NCBI GenBank assembly: GCA_964016885.1
Contig: OZ024748.1
Coordinates: 39,556,001 to 39,620,000 of the forward strand
DNA from: Eledone cirrhosa
Taxonomy: Eukaryota
DNA length: 64,000 bases
Direction of reading: 5' to 3'
Of this stretch, positions 13,760 through 25,353 are shown in pieces. The notes below the pieces were generated by a model. It worked only from the letters and a program-made list of their open reading frames with translations, did not search any database and was not told the origin of the DNA. Each line of letters begins with the position of its first letter. The stretch's first letter is position 1. Both the position numbers and the translations under genes were made by a program.

Positions 13760-14530
13760 ATATTAAAATAACAGATTAAAGTTTAAGCAAAGAATCGCTG
13801 CTTTCACCCTTTACGGGATCTTCTGAAACTAAAAAAAATCAATCTGTGAACGCAGAAGCAAAGTAAAATAGTACGAGATAATAATTCTGAGTCCCGAAAA
13901 AAAAATATACTAATGCTAACTCTAAAACATCTTATACAAGCTACATGAAAGTTCGTACGAAGTAAAGGTAGAATACGGAAAAATAAATTCAGAATCCACC
14001 CCGCCCAAAAGAAAAGCGAAGAAAGAAATACTGAAACGAGAAAATAAGGCATAAGTGCCACTAACAAATATAGAAGGCACGGAAAATAGTGGGAGCGGTC
14101 GGAAAAAGGGGGCAAGTATCCGGGGTCTAAACCAGCTGCTATAAAAAGCGGAGTCCGCCAAATCTATCATAGACTAGGGGAGGGGGTGGGGGTACTGAGG
14201 CTACAAGGGGCCAAAGGGCAGCCTCGGGTGGGCGAGAAAAGACGCCGACAAAGAAGAAGAGCTGGGGTAGAAGGACTAAGGAGGGATGGGGGGAAGAAGG
14301 AAATAAAGGAAGCGATAAAAGAATAAAAAGATCTTACGTCTCCCTTGGCAAGCAGGGGTTACCCATTGCTAAATCGGCAAGTGGGGTGTTATAGCCCTAG
14401 TCTACCCCCCCCCCCCCCCCCCCGGGTCATTATGGGGTTTGAGGGCGAGGTAAGACCTACGCAATCTATGTTTACATGCAGTAACCAGTTCATCTTTCTT
14501 GTTTAGGAGTTGGTCCGTCGAAAACAGCAT
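13760..14530 (-). mobile_element. PLE pseudo-LTR fragment (third copy)
   Basis: Near-identical to 5230-6000. Confidence 0.75.
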
Positions 14531-15376
14531 GGCTCCTTACTGTCAGTCCGGTATTTGTGCAGGTTGTTTTTCTCCATCTGAACACAGTCCTCTATGCTGA
14601 TAAGACCTCTTCCACCTTCAGATCTCCTTAAGTAGAGTCTATCGACATCACTCCTCTTGTGGAACATGTTGTAGATAGTCAATAGCTTCCTAGTCTTTCT
14701 ATCCATTTCTTTTTGTTCAGCAACATTCCAATTCAGAATAGACACAGCTCAGGAATTCACTGCACTTATGATATTCCTACTGTTCAGGTGTGACCTTACT
14801 CTCCTTATGTACTCAGATCTTATCAATTCCTTCATTTTTTTGTTCTTGATGTCATCTGCCTCCAGAACACCTAAATATTTGTATCCTTCTTCAGTGTCAA
14901 TTTCCTTTATCATCTCATCTGTTGGTACCTGGATTCCGTTGCTTCTGCTCAATTTACCCCTCTTCATCACTAGGACTCCACACTTATTAATACCAAATTG
15001 CATACATATATCATTGCTGAAAATACGGACAGTGTCAACAAGCACATCCAACTCCTTCTCACTCTTCCCGAAGAGCTTAAGTTCGTCCATGAAGAGGAGG
15101 TGATTGATGGTAAGCTCTCCTTTTCCCAACTTGTATCCTGCTCTCACCTTTCGCAATATAATGGTCAGGGGTATCAAGGCAAGGACAAACAGCAGAGGGG
15201 ACAAACTCTCTCCCTGGAAGATACCTCTCTTGATCTTCACGCCTCCCAAGGATTCTCCACTCGATGTTAACTCTGTTTCTCAGGACTTCATACAACTGTC
15301 TGATGTTATCTGCCACCTTGAAGATCTCTAGGCTTTTGGTGATCCAAGAATGAGGTACCATGTCGAAAACCTTTTA
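14531..15376 (-). mobile_element. Non-LTR reverse transcriptase fragment, probably R4/Dong-like, degenerate
   Basis: FDMVPHSWI, IKRGIFQGESLSPLLF, INHLLFMDELKLFGK (catalytic DD changed to DE), YKYLGVLE. Confidence 0.75.
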
Positions 15377-15409
15377 GCAGTAGCAGTAGTAATGTTATTA
15401 TTAAAATTG

Positions 15410-15600
15410 CCAGTGGATTGGCAGTATCGGTAGAGGGTCGGACGCCCTGCTTTATAGCAAAGAGTTACGGCCCTTTATGTTCTGAGTTCAAATCCCGCCG
15501 AGGTTAACTTTGCCTTTCATCCTTTCGGGGTCGATAAAATAAAGTACCAGTAATACACTGGGATAATTGCTGGCCTTGTGCCAAAAGTAGAAATTATTAA
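15410..15600 (+). mobile_element. tRNA-derived SINE
   Basis: A-box-like TGGCAGTATCGG, B-box GAGTTCAAATCC and the shared body. Confidence 0.75.
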
Positions 15601-15823
15601 AATTGCCTTTTCTATATCCTACACTGTTACGTAAACCCCCCCTTTTCTATCGCCTCTCTCTCTTTCTTTCTGCCTCAATACATACACACAGACAGACACA
15701 CACACGCTATCTATCTATGACATAATTATTCCACGATCGACAAGTAACAATACACAATAGCGCACTTATGACAGGCCAGAGATTTACGTGGGAGGTGATC
15801 TACCATAAATTTGTAAGAAAATT

Positions 15824-15884
15824 TGTTGTTGTCTAGCATGTTCGTATAGTACTCAGTACTATACGAACATGCTAGACAACAACA
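15824..15884. repeat. Perfect palindrome, 30-bp arms with a 1-nt spacer
   Basis: TGTTGTTGTCTAGCATGTTCGTATAGTACT-C-AGTACTATACGAACATGCTAGACAACAACA. Confidence 0.9.
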
Positions 15885-16081
15885 TGACGGTAACATAGAC
15901 AGCATAGAAATTAGAATAATATCTAAACATAGAAATGACCCAGCAGATAGGCAAATCAGAGAGGCCAGTGAAATAGAAATTAGAAGACCAAAGCTAAACA
16001 GAAAGAATGAATGGAATAACAACAACACCCAAACAAACAACACTGACCTAAGAGAAGTATAAATAAGTAAATAAAATAAGA

Positions 16082-16850
16082 TTAACGTATATTCAAACAG
16101 AGAGTGAAAGAGCGAGTAGTCTGGCTGCTTTGAACCTCTCCCTATAACGTATATTCAAACAGAGAATGAAAGAGCGAGTAGTCTGGCTGCTTTGAACCAC
16201 TCCCTATATTAGACTGTCTCTAAAGTTATAAACGGAGAAAGAGAAATCAACGTATAGACAAAGAGAGAGTGAAAGAGCAACGAGTGAAAGAGCAACGAGT
16301 GAAAGAGCGAGTAGTCTGGCTGCTTTGAACCACTCCCTATATTAGACTGTCTCTAAAGTTATAAACGAAGAAAGAGAAATCAACGTATAGACAAAGAGAG
16401 AGTGAAAGAGCAACGAGTGAAAGAGCGAGTAGTCTGGCTGCTTTGAACCACTCCCTATATTAGACTGTCTCTAAAGTTATAAACGGAGAAAGAGAAATCA
16501 ACGTATAGACAAAGAGAGAGTGAAAGAGCAACGAGTGAAAGAGCGAGTAGTCTGGCTGCTTTGAACCACTCCCTATATTAGACTGTCTCTAAAGTTATAA
16601 ACGGAGAAAGAGAAATCAACGTATAGACAAAGAGAGAGTGAAAGAGCAACGTATAGACAAAGAGTGAGTGCTATAAACGGAGAAAGAGAAATCAACGTAT
16701 AGACAAAGAGTGAGTGAAAGAGCGAGTGTGACATTTTTTTAATTAAAGATAATTTCAATAGAATTAGTATTCTCTCTTTAATTTAATATAATTTCAATAG
16801 AATTAGTAAATTCTCTCTTTAATTTAATATAATTTCAATAGAATTAGTAT
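16082..16850 (+). repeat. Compound minisatellite (~120-bp and ~40-bp units), probably inside the Helitron
   Basis: Repeated GAGTGAAAGAGCGAGTAGTCTGGCTGCTTTGAACCACTCCCTATATTAGACTG..., then AATTTCAATAGAATTAGTA three times. Confidence 0.75.
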
Positions 16851-16969
16851 AGTGTCTGTTTCACATTACTTCCCTTCCACTCCCATTACAGGGAATTCTT
16901 TTTCAGCTAGCCATTAACTAAGTGCTGTAATTTGATATCTTCATTTCGTCTGTCCTTATTTTACTGACC

Positions 16970-19024
16970 TGGACACATACGTGGACCGACATCATTCCAA
17001 GAATTGAGAACAGTAAACGGTCAAGTATGTGCCACTTATCGTGAAGCTTGCCAAGAATTAAATCTTCTTGAAAATGATGGACATTGGGACACTTCACTCG
17101 CTGATGCATCGAATACTGCTCGACCAAAGCAAATACGCACATTATTCTCAATAATATTGACAACGTGCTTCCCATCAAATCCAAAAGATCTTTGGGAAAA
17201 ATATAAAGACTACATGAGTGAAGACATCCTACATCGTTTGCGTGCAACAAATCAAAATATGAATATTCAATTCACACAAAATGTGTATAATGAAGCATTG
17301 GTTTCCATTGAGGTCATATGTTTAGCAATCGCTAACAAAACATTGGTACAATTGGGAATGCCTGCGCCGAATCGATCTGTAAACGACATTTTCGATCGTG
17401 ATTTGCAACGAGAAACAAACTTTGATGTCGCCGAATTGGGTACATTTGTTCAAACGAATCTTGCCAAATTGCTACCAGAACAACGCATAGTATATGACCA
17501 AATTATGCAGGCAATTATAAGTCAAAGCGGCACATTGTATTTTATAGATGCGCCAGGTGGTACAGGCAAAACTTTTCTCATTTCACTTATTTTGGTAACT
17601 ATACGATCAGAAAATAATATTGCACTGGCAATCACATCATCTGGAATTGCGGCAACTCTTTTAGATGGTGGCCGAACAGCACATTCAGCCCTGAAATTGC
17701 CATTGAATATGCAAATCGCTGAGACATCAACATGCAATATTACCAAACATTCTGGTATAGGTAAAGTACTCCAATCATGTAAAATCATTATATGGGACGA
17801 ATGTACTATGGCGCACAAAAAATCATTGGAAGCGCTTAATAATACGCTAAAAGATTTGAAAGGAAATGAACACCTCTTCGGTGGCACACTCATTTTATTG
17901 TCTGGTGATTTTCGACAAACTCTACCAGTTATACCGCGATCAACACCCGCTGATGAGCTTAATGCATGTCTCAAATCATCAGTTTTATGGCGACACGTAC
18001 AGAAATTAACTTTAAAAAACAATATGCGTGTACAACTACAAAATGACGCATCCGCTGAACGTTTCACAAAACAATTGCTGGATATTGGGAATGGGAAAAT
18101 GGTAATCGATGATTCCACAAAATGTATCACATTGCCAACAAACTTCTGTAGAATCACGGCAACCAGAGACGAACTGATTCACAAAGTGTTCCCAAATATT
18201 GCGCAGCATTACAAAAATCATCAGTGGCTCAGTGTACGTGCTATATTAGCAGCCAAAAACACCGATGTCAATGCCATTAATTTCAGCATTCAAAACGAAA
18301 TACCAGGCGAAGAGACAACGTATAAGTCCATCGATACTGTAATGAATCAAGACGAAATTATCAATTATCCAATTGAATTCTTGAATTCACTTGATTTGCC
18401 AGGCATGCCACCGCACATTTTAACATTGAAAATTGGCGTGCCTATCATCCTTCTCCGAAACATCAATCCACCACAACTTTGCAACGGTACCAGACTTTCA
18501 GTGAAAAAGACGATGAACAATATCATCGAGGCTACAATTTTAAATGGAAAATTTAAAGGAGAAGATGTACTCTTGCCACGCATCCCAATAATTCCAACAG
18601 ATACGCCATTCGATTTCAAACGTTTGCAGTTTCCGGTGCGACTCGCCTTTGCAATGACTATCAACAAAGCACAAGGACAATCGCTACAAGTGTGTGGACT
18701 AAATTTAGAAAATCCATGCTTCTCACATGGACAGCTGTATGTGGCTTGCTCACGCGTCGGTAAACTTTCTGATTTATTCGTGTACGCACCAGAAGGAAAA
18801 ACAAAAAACATTGTGTATCCAAAAGCACTTCAGTAAAACAAATTAAATGTTCTTATAACGAATTTTCTTTAAATTCGTCAGTCATTCAGTCATTTAAAGA
18901 TAAATGTTAAAATCTAAAAAATAGAAACTAAATTACAGAAGTTTTTAAATAACGATTAAAATGTTAATATTATTCTTTTCTAAATAAGCTTTTTAACACT
19001 GAGCGAAGCCGGGTAGCTCCGCTA

Positions 19025-19025
<1 letters not shown>
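16970..19025 (+). mobile_element. Helitron, 5'-deleted, with intact 3' terminus
   Basis: Helicase ORF followed by GAGCGAAGCCGGGTAGCTCCG-CTAG (19022-19025) and T. The 5' boundary is uncertain and may extend to ~16082. Confidence 0.85.
17004..18836 (+). CDS. Helitron RepHel C-terminal half: PIF1-family SF1B helicase (Rep/HUH domain absent)
   Basis: Uninterrupted 610-aa frame with RGPTSFQELRTVNG, Walker A DAPGGTGKT, GGRTAHSALKLP, IIWDECTM, GDFRQTLPV, LCNGTRL, FAMTINKAQGQSL, HGQLYVACSRV. Confidence 0.92.
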   Translation: MRTVNGQVCATYREACQELNLLENDGHWDTSLADASNTARPKQIRTLFSIILTTCFPSNPKDLWEKYKDYMSEDILHRLRATNQNMNIQFTQNVYNEALVSIEVICLAIANKTLVQLGMPAPNRSVNDIFDRDLQRETNFDVAELGTFVQTNLAKLLPEQRIVYDQIMQAIISQSGTLYFIDAPGGTGKTFLISLILVTIRSENNIALAITSSGIAATLLDGGRTAHSALKLPLNMQIAETSTCNITKHSGIGKVLQSCKIIIWDECTMAHKKSLEALNNTLKDLKGNEHLFGGTLILLSGDFRQTLPVIPRSTPADELNACLKSSVLWRHVQKLTLKNNMRVQLQNDASAERFTKQLLDIGNGKMVIDDSTKCITLPTNFCRITATRDELIHKVFPNIAQHYKNHQWLSVRAILAAKNTDVNAINFSIQNEIPGEETTYKSIDTVMNQDEIINYPIEFLNSLDLPGMPPHILTLKIGVPIILLRNINPPQLCNGTRLSVKKTMNNIIEATILNGKFKGEDVLLPRIPIIPTDTPFDFKRLQFPVRLAFAMTINKAQGQSLQVCGLNLENPCFSHGQLYVACSRVGKLSDLFVYAPEGKTKNIVYPKALQ

Positions 19026-19083
<58 letters not shown>

Positions 19084-19241
19084 CATATTCCAGCATAGCT
19101 ACGTCCGTTAACGATCTTAGTTCAAATCCCGACGAGGTTGACTTTGCCTTTCATCCTTACTGGTCGATAAAATAAATGTTTCTATTTACGAAATAACACA
19201 ACTGAGGATTTTAATAGTGTCACATTTTCGTTTCCTCTCAG

Positions 19242-20717
19242 TTCCGACTTTATCGAACCATTTAAAATACATATTGTAGAGAACATAAAGATCAATAACC
19301 GTAACGACAGATTAATTGCTCTCGAGAAAGCTGACTACAACATCTTTAAATTACAACCTGAAGATGTCATGATCGATTTCCTTACAGATGCTGGCACTAA
19401 TGCTTTCAGTCTTGAACAAAACGCAAGAATATGGATGGGTGATGAAAGTTATGCCGGATCTACTAGTTATGAAACTTTGAAAGACACGGCAACATATATT
19501 TCTGGTTTTGAAAACATTCTGCCAGTTTTTTCTGAATGTATCAGCGAAGAGATTGTCGCTTCTTATTTCACAAAAGCTGGAGATAAGTTTATTGGGAATA
19601 CTTTTACTTATTCACTTGAGAAGCATATAAAGGATCTTCATGCTGAAGCGATTTCTTTGTTAGATTGGTCAGATAATAATTTTGCAGGAAATCTAGATGT
19701 TCAAGCACTCAAAAACTTATTGGCAGAAAATGATAAAAAATCAATTTCCTTTCTTATAATGAATGTACCAGCAAAAAGTAGTGGTGGCCAACCAGTTAGT
19801 ATGTCAAACATGAAAGCAGTTTCTGATCTCTGTCGCGAACATTCGATTCCGATATACATCGAAAGTAGTATGTATGGTGAGAACTGTTGGCTCAATAAAA
19901 TGTACGAAGAGGCTTACTTCAATAAATCGTTAGTTGAGATATCGCAAGAAATGTTTTCTTTTTTCGATGGCTGCATTATTTCTGCTAAAAGAGATGGTAG
20001 AAGTGAGATTGGAAGTGTCATTTGTCTTCAAGACAAAGAAATTACTCGAAAATTGGGCACTGTTATTACTCTTAAAGCAGGTTTCATAACTTATGGTGGG
20101 ATGGCTGGCCGAGATATGGAAATGGTAGCGGATGGCATGCGAGGTGCTTTGGATGAACAACTGCAAGACTATCGACAAAAACAATTGGCATTTTTCAAAA
20201 GATCCCTGAAGGAATTTGGTGTTCCGATTGTGGAGCCAGTCGGTTGCAATACCATCTTCATTGATGTCGAAAATGCTTTTCCTAACTGTAAACACGCGTT
20301 TTATCCAGCCTGGTCTTTATCTTGTGCTGTTTATATCGTCGGGGGTATCCGATGCGCAGAGTTTGGTCAAGTTACTCGTCCAACAAGTAGCTTACCCACT
20401 AATCATTTTCTGAAAGACCGAGAATTACTAAAGCTTGAGATACCTCGTTTCATCTATACGACTTGTCACATTTTCTATGTTGCCTATGTTTTCGCTCAGC
20501 TTATTTCACATGAAATGCTTTCTGGAATGAAACTTATTGCCTGCTCCGAAGACCAAATAAAAATCGTGAAAATAAAAATGAAACCAAATCATTCTCTGGA
20601 ATATGACGATATCCAACTCCTTCCGGTACAAGACTGTAAACACATTCACTTCTTTAAAAACATATCTAATCAAAGAGTTATGAAAAGAAATTCAATCGCC
20701 GAGGTATCTTCTATATG
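19242..20717 (+). CDS. tnaA: Tryptophanase/tyrosine phenol-lyase family, domain 1 (predicted exon 2; PLP site degenerate). The unspliced ORF is 19369-20739.
   Basis: EPFKI, IDFLTDAGT, MGDESYAGS, GGQPVSMSN, TYGGMAGRDME, GGIRCAEFG. The PLP-lysine motif reads ISAKRDG. Acceptor TTTCCTCTCAG ends at 19241; donor ATG|GTCAGT at 20717/20718; both phase 2. Confidence 0.85.
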
Positions 20718-20929
20718 GTCAGTCGACATTCCTTCTTAAAAAGGGGACAAACACGTTAGATAATGTAATCGTAGACACAAAAAAGACGTGGTAGTCATGA
20801 TTGGAACGTCCCTGATCATATAATTGCTCTGTCAATGTTGACCTGAACTTAAACAACAGCAACAACAACACAGAGATTTTTTTTTGTTGCACCCAAACAG
20901 GGTTCTGTAAATTCTAGATTGTACATTCT

Positions 20930-21077
20930 TTTATTCTTTTACTGGTTTCAGTCATTAGACTGTGGCCATGCTGGGGCACTGTTCTTTTACTGGTTTCAGT
21001 CATTAGACTGTGGCCATGCTGGGGCAGTGGTCTTTTACTGGATTCAGTGATTCTACTGTGGCCATGCTAGGGCACCA
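20930..21077 (+). repeat. Three tandem ~52-bp copies of a SINE-like segment
   Basis: TTTTACTGGTTTCAGTCATTAGACTGTGGCCATGCTGGGGCA repeated three times. Confidence 0.65.
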
Positions 21078-21279
21078 ATTGATTGTTAGTTTATTTTTTT
21101 TAATTGGTTTTATTACCAACAATTAAACTATTGAACATGATTTTGAATAGAAAGTAGGGGAAAACATTGACAGTCTTGTCAAATATAGTTTTAATATTAT
21201 GTTAACAAACCATGAAATAAAATATCTTTGGAAACTTAAATATATTTCTTGTGATGTTCTTTTTACAATTATTTCACAA

Positions 21280-21555
21280 ATATATAATTCATATGAAACA
21301 TTGTGATGTATGTTTCACCAATATATAATTAATATCAAACATTGTGATGTATGTTACACCAATATATAATTAATATCAAACATTGTGATGTATGTTTCAC
21401 TAATATATAATTAATATCAAACATTGTGATGTATGTTACACCAATATAAAATTAATATGAAACATTGTGATGTATGTTTCACCAATATATAATTAATATC
21501 AAACATTGTGATGTATGTTACACCAATATATAATTAATATCAAACATTGTGATGT
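21280..21555 (+). repeat. 41-bp minisatellite, ~6.5 copies
   Basis: Unit AATATCAAACATTGTGATGTATGTTTCACCAATATATAATT. Confidence 0.85.
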
Positions 21556-22459
21556 GGTTGTGATAATTCGGGGAAAGATGGTACAACGAATATTAAATAA
21601 ACTAAGGTGAAAAGATACAACAAATCAGCATTTTAAACTTTCGTCTTATATTTCTTGATGTTTTGAGGTGAGAAACTTTTTTCAAAAGAAAGAAATGGAG
21701 TCTGGTGTTGTCAACGCCCAAAGAAATGTTGATAAACGATTTATTTACATCAACTTATTATTGATGGTGACATGCTTTTGTTTCACTTTAAAAAAATATT
21801 ATAATAAGGTGACATACTAATATAAATATTATTTTAAAAATAAAAAACAAATCTTGAAACATCTTATGACTGTGGCAGTGGCAAGGTTTATAGAGTTAAG
21901 AAGCCTCACAACCATCTGATTTCTGGTTCCTTTAGACTACATGGCATCTTAAAGAAGTGTCTTTCTGCCATAGGTTCGAGTCAACAAAACGGACAGTTTG
22001 CCCTTTTCGGCTTGGCGGGCTGCAGGGCCTGGACTGGTGGTGGAATGCACCAGGTTGGCACTTGCAATTAATTGTAATATAACTGATAGATGTTGTTTCA
22101 ATTCTGTGCCATTAATTTTAGATCAACGACAACATTGTTGCAGTAGTTATGTGCCATTAATAATCTGTGTTACGAACACTACATAAATAGTCTACAGGTG
22201 TTACCTTGATTTCACCAGATGGAAATATCAAAATCAAAATTGATTATGTAATTGTTCCAAACAATATTCTCGAAATGGTGAAAAACTGCCATGTGTATAT
22301 TTCTACAGATATTGGTCTAGAATATTTCAACTTAGAGACTGGAAAACACAAACGTTATTATCATAAATGTACTGTGATTGTGTGAGGCTTAATTATTAAA
22401 GATTGTAAAATCCATTCCCAGTGAATTGGTCAAACTATATCCAAGAATTTTCTTTTTCT

Positions 22460-23255
22460 TCCTTCACTTATTCCTGAGAAGGTCGTGGGGGAAGAGTCTT
22501 CAAACACTCCTTCTAGTAGGTCCTGTCAGAAGCAATCATCTCCAACTGATTTGGCTGGATCCCCAATCGAGACCTGCCAAGCTTATGGATGTTATCCAAC
22601 TATCTTGCTCAGGGTCTACTCCTGGGTCTCCTGCTGGTTGGTTTTGCCAATAAAATCTGTCCAGTATTTCCTTGGACATTCTAGCCATATAATATGTAAT
22701 ATCAGAGCTATGATTTCTCAATTCGGAGAAGTATCAGTTCTACCAGGAGTGATTCACAAGTCTCCAAGCTACACACACTATCGAGTAATGATACTCCAAA
22801 TACCCTTTTGGAGGAACCCCATTTTGGCCACTTGTATTTGCGATTGTATTCTTTCAGTCATTACACAAGATTCATGACCATAGGTAAGGGTTGGCACGAA
22901 AACCGAATTGAAGATAGTGAGTTTGGTGTTTACACCTACCTCCCTTCTTCTGATTACCAAATGCCAAAGCTGTCACATTACTGCAGCAGCTCCTGCAATT
23001 ATTGCACTTAATTCGGCCTCCTGCCTTCCATCACTCGTGACCATGGCCCTGAGATACTTGAACTTCTCTACCAACTTCAGTAGAACTCCCTTCGCATGTA
23101 GAATGCACTGCGCAGGCTTCCTTTAGAAGACGAGTGTCTCAGTTTTCACAGCACTGAATTTCATTCAAGCCATGCAGCACTCTGCATCAAACCTATCAAG
23201 TGCAAGTCAGAGATCACCTTTTGTTGAGTTTGTAACACCATGTTGTCTGCAAATT
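22460..23255 (-). mobile_element. RTE-clade LINE 3' fragment; related pieces at ~28225-28445 (+) and ~36790-37165 (+)
   Basis: KLTIFNSVFVPTLTYGHESCVMT..QVAKMGFL and R.PRGRP...W.D.I motifs, typical of the RTE C-terminus. Confidence 0.65.
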
Positions 23256-23343
23256 CCAGCCACAAATTGCTGGCCATGTGCCTAAATTAGAAAACCTTAT
23301 TCCTGCAAAAGGTCCTGTTAATCCTTAATTATTATTAAATATA

Positions 23344-23500
23344 ACATATATACAAACTGGAGCTGTGTCAGGGACCAGTCCGCAAACATATATACAAACT
23401 GGAGCTGTGTCAGGGACCGGCCTGCAAACATATATACAAACTGGAGCTGTGTAAGGGACCAGTCCGCAAACATATATACAAACTGGAGCTGTGTCAGTGA
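23344..23500 (+). repeat. 42-bp minisatellite (~3.5 copies); its end plus flank (~23442-23605) is duplicated at ~24133-24295
   Basis: Unit AACATATATACAAACTGGAGCTGTGTCAGGGACCAGTCCGCA. Confidence 0.8.
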
Positions 23501-23846
23501 CAATGTCTGCAAACAATGAGTTGAACATTTTAACACCAAGAAATATATGATAAGTAAAAACTACAGTTAACAGATTTTTGTGTTTTGAATTACTAAAGTG
23601 ACTCGTGTACAATGTAATTGGTATATATATATATATACTCACTCTATATGTATGTGTTTTTATATAAATATGTAAATAGTTGTGTATATATATATATATA
23701 TATATAGTTGTTATATAGTAAGGTGTATTATTGGTTGTGTCATACGGTCCAATAAACTTTTGTTAGCAATATTAAGTTCTCCACGCTTTTGTATATCTCC
23801 AATTCCATTTAAGGGAACAGCTAGATGATGTAAAATGGAGTATTTG

Positions 23847-25317
23847 TATCAAAATAAAGATCCGAAAGCATGGTATAAATTTCCAATCATTTTAATCACA
23901 ACACGTTTCAATAAGGGATAGATCGATCGTGTGGTCATGATCGATTATCACTGATTTCATCATTCTTAACTGAGCGTGTAATACGTCTATTTACTAACTG
24001 AGAGAACTCTATGGTTAGGGTATTCTAAACCTTCCTCAGGATTTTTGGAAAGTAACCTACCACTAACTCCTCCCTTTTTACCTTAGCCATAGAGTTCTCT
24101 CAATTAGCAAAAAATAGACAGTCACACACTCAGAGCTGTGTAAGGGACCAGTCCGCAAACATATATACAAACTGGAGCTGTGTCAGTGACAATGTCTGCA
24201 AACAATGAGTTGAAAATTTTAACACCAAGAAATATATGATAAATAAAAACTACAGTTAACAGATTTTTGTGTTTTGAATTACTAAAGTGACTCGTTGCCA
24301 CAGTTATGACCAGTCATGATCTTGTCGATTGAATACTACACTAGGTTTTGGTCTGTGATCCTCTAACCAAGGAGTGCTCACAGTTTGCTGAATGGACAAT
24401 ACTACTTACACGCCATCAATGGACTTACACACATCCCCGGTGTTTTGTTATTTTATTTTGTGTTGGGTAACACACCTCCACCACTCAAACACTTATCTTA
24501 AAGGCCCGAGGGCCCATTTGACGGGAAAACGCACACACTGACAGCTTAACTCAAATACCCAACCTTATATGGAGCCCCTTGTTGGCCTACATGGCAGGTG
24601 CTTGCACGCACAGACTCGGGGACCCAGATTCTCAACGGGACAACGGCACATATAGAGTTCGATACGAGCTGACTACTTGCTCTACACATGGATGTGTATA
24701 TACCAAAACATACACTATTTAGACGATACAGATGTTACAATTCAATCGATACACGTATAGCAGAACGTTGAAGGGAATTTACTTGCGTGTGTATAGTGTT
24801 GTGGTTGACCCAATTTTTTTCTAATTTACATCGTGAAAATTGAGATTTGACCAATATAACGTTTGTTGTTTTGTAACCTAACTTTTGGTGCATACTGTGT
24901 TGCTGTGTATATTTTTTTTTCTCTGACCTCGCGTCGGTGTGTGTGAGTGTGTGTCCACTCAATAACACTAATTGTGACGGACCAAAATTCTACAGATCTG
25001 GTGCTGAGATTAGACCTGTCCAGCGTCTTTTACAGCTATTGAGAGATAGAGACTTGATAGATTTATGACCCTGACTGAAGACAATAGCAGTTGTCGTGTT
25101 TTGGCTGCTGATTATTCATATGGGGAACAAAACTCCAGTGAGTGAACATCGTTAGTTTTTCCTCCCTCATATCAAAGATTTGAAGACATTTCATTATTCA
25201 CCCGATGAGATCAGTGATAATCGATCATGACCACACGATCGATCCCTTATTGAAACATGTGTCGTGATTAAAATGATTGGAAATGTATACCATGCCTTCG
25301 GATCTTTATTTTGATAT
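23847..25317. repeat. ~115-bp inverted repeat arms (23847-23961 and 25204-25317) with a further internal hairpin at ~23970-24132
   Basis: TATCAAAATAAAGATCCGAAAGCATGG...GATTATCACTGAT and its reverse complement. Confidence 0.8.
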
Positions 25318-25353
25318 ATATATATAAAACTGAATTTACATTTTTTTTTCCAG

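Noticed and set aside
20701-20709. Alternative donor GAG|GTATCT
   Set aside because: Phase 0, incompatible with the phase-2 acceptor at 25354, and a weaker consensus than GTCAGT.
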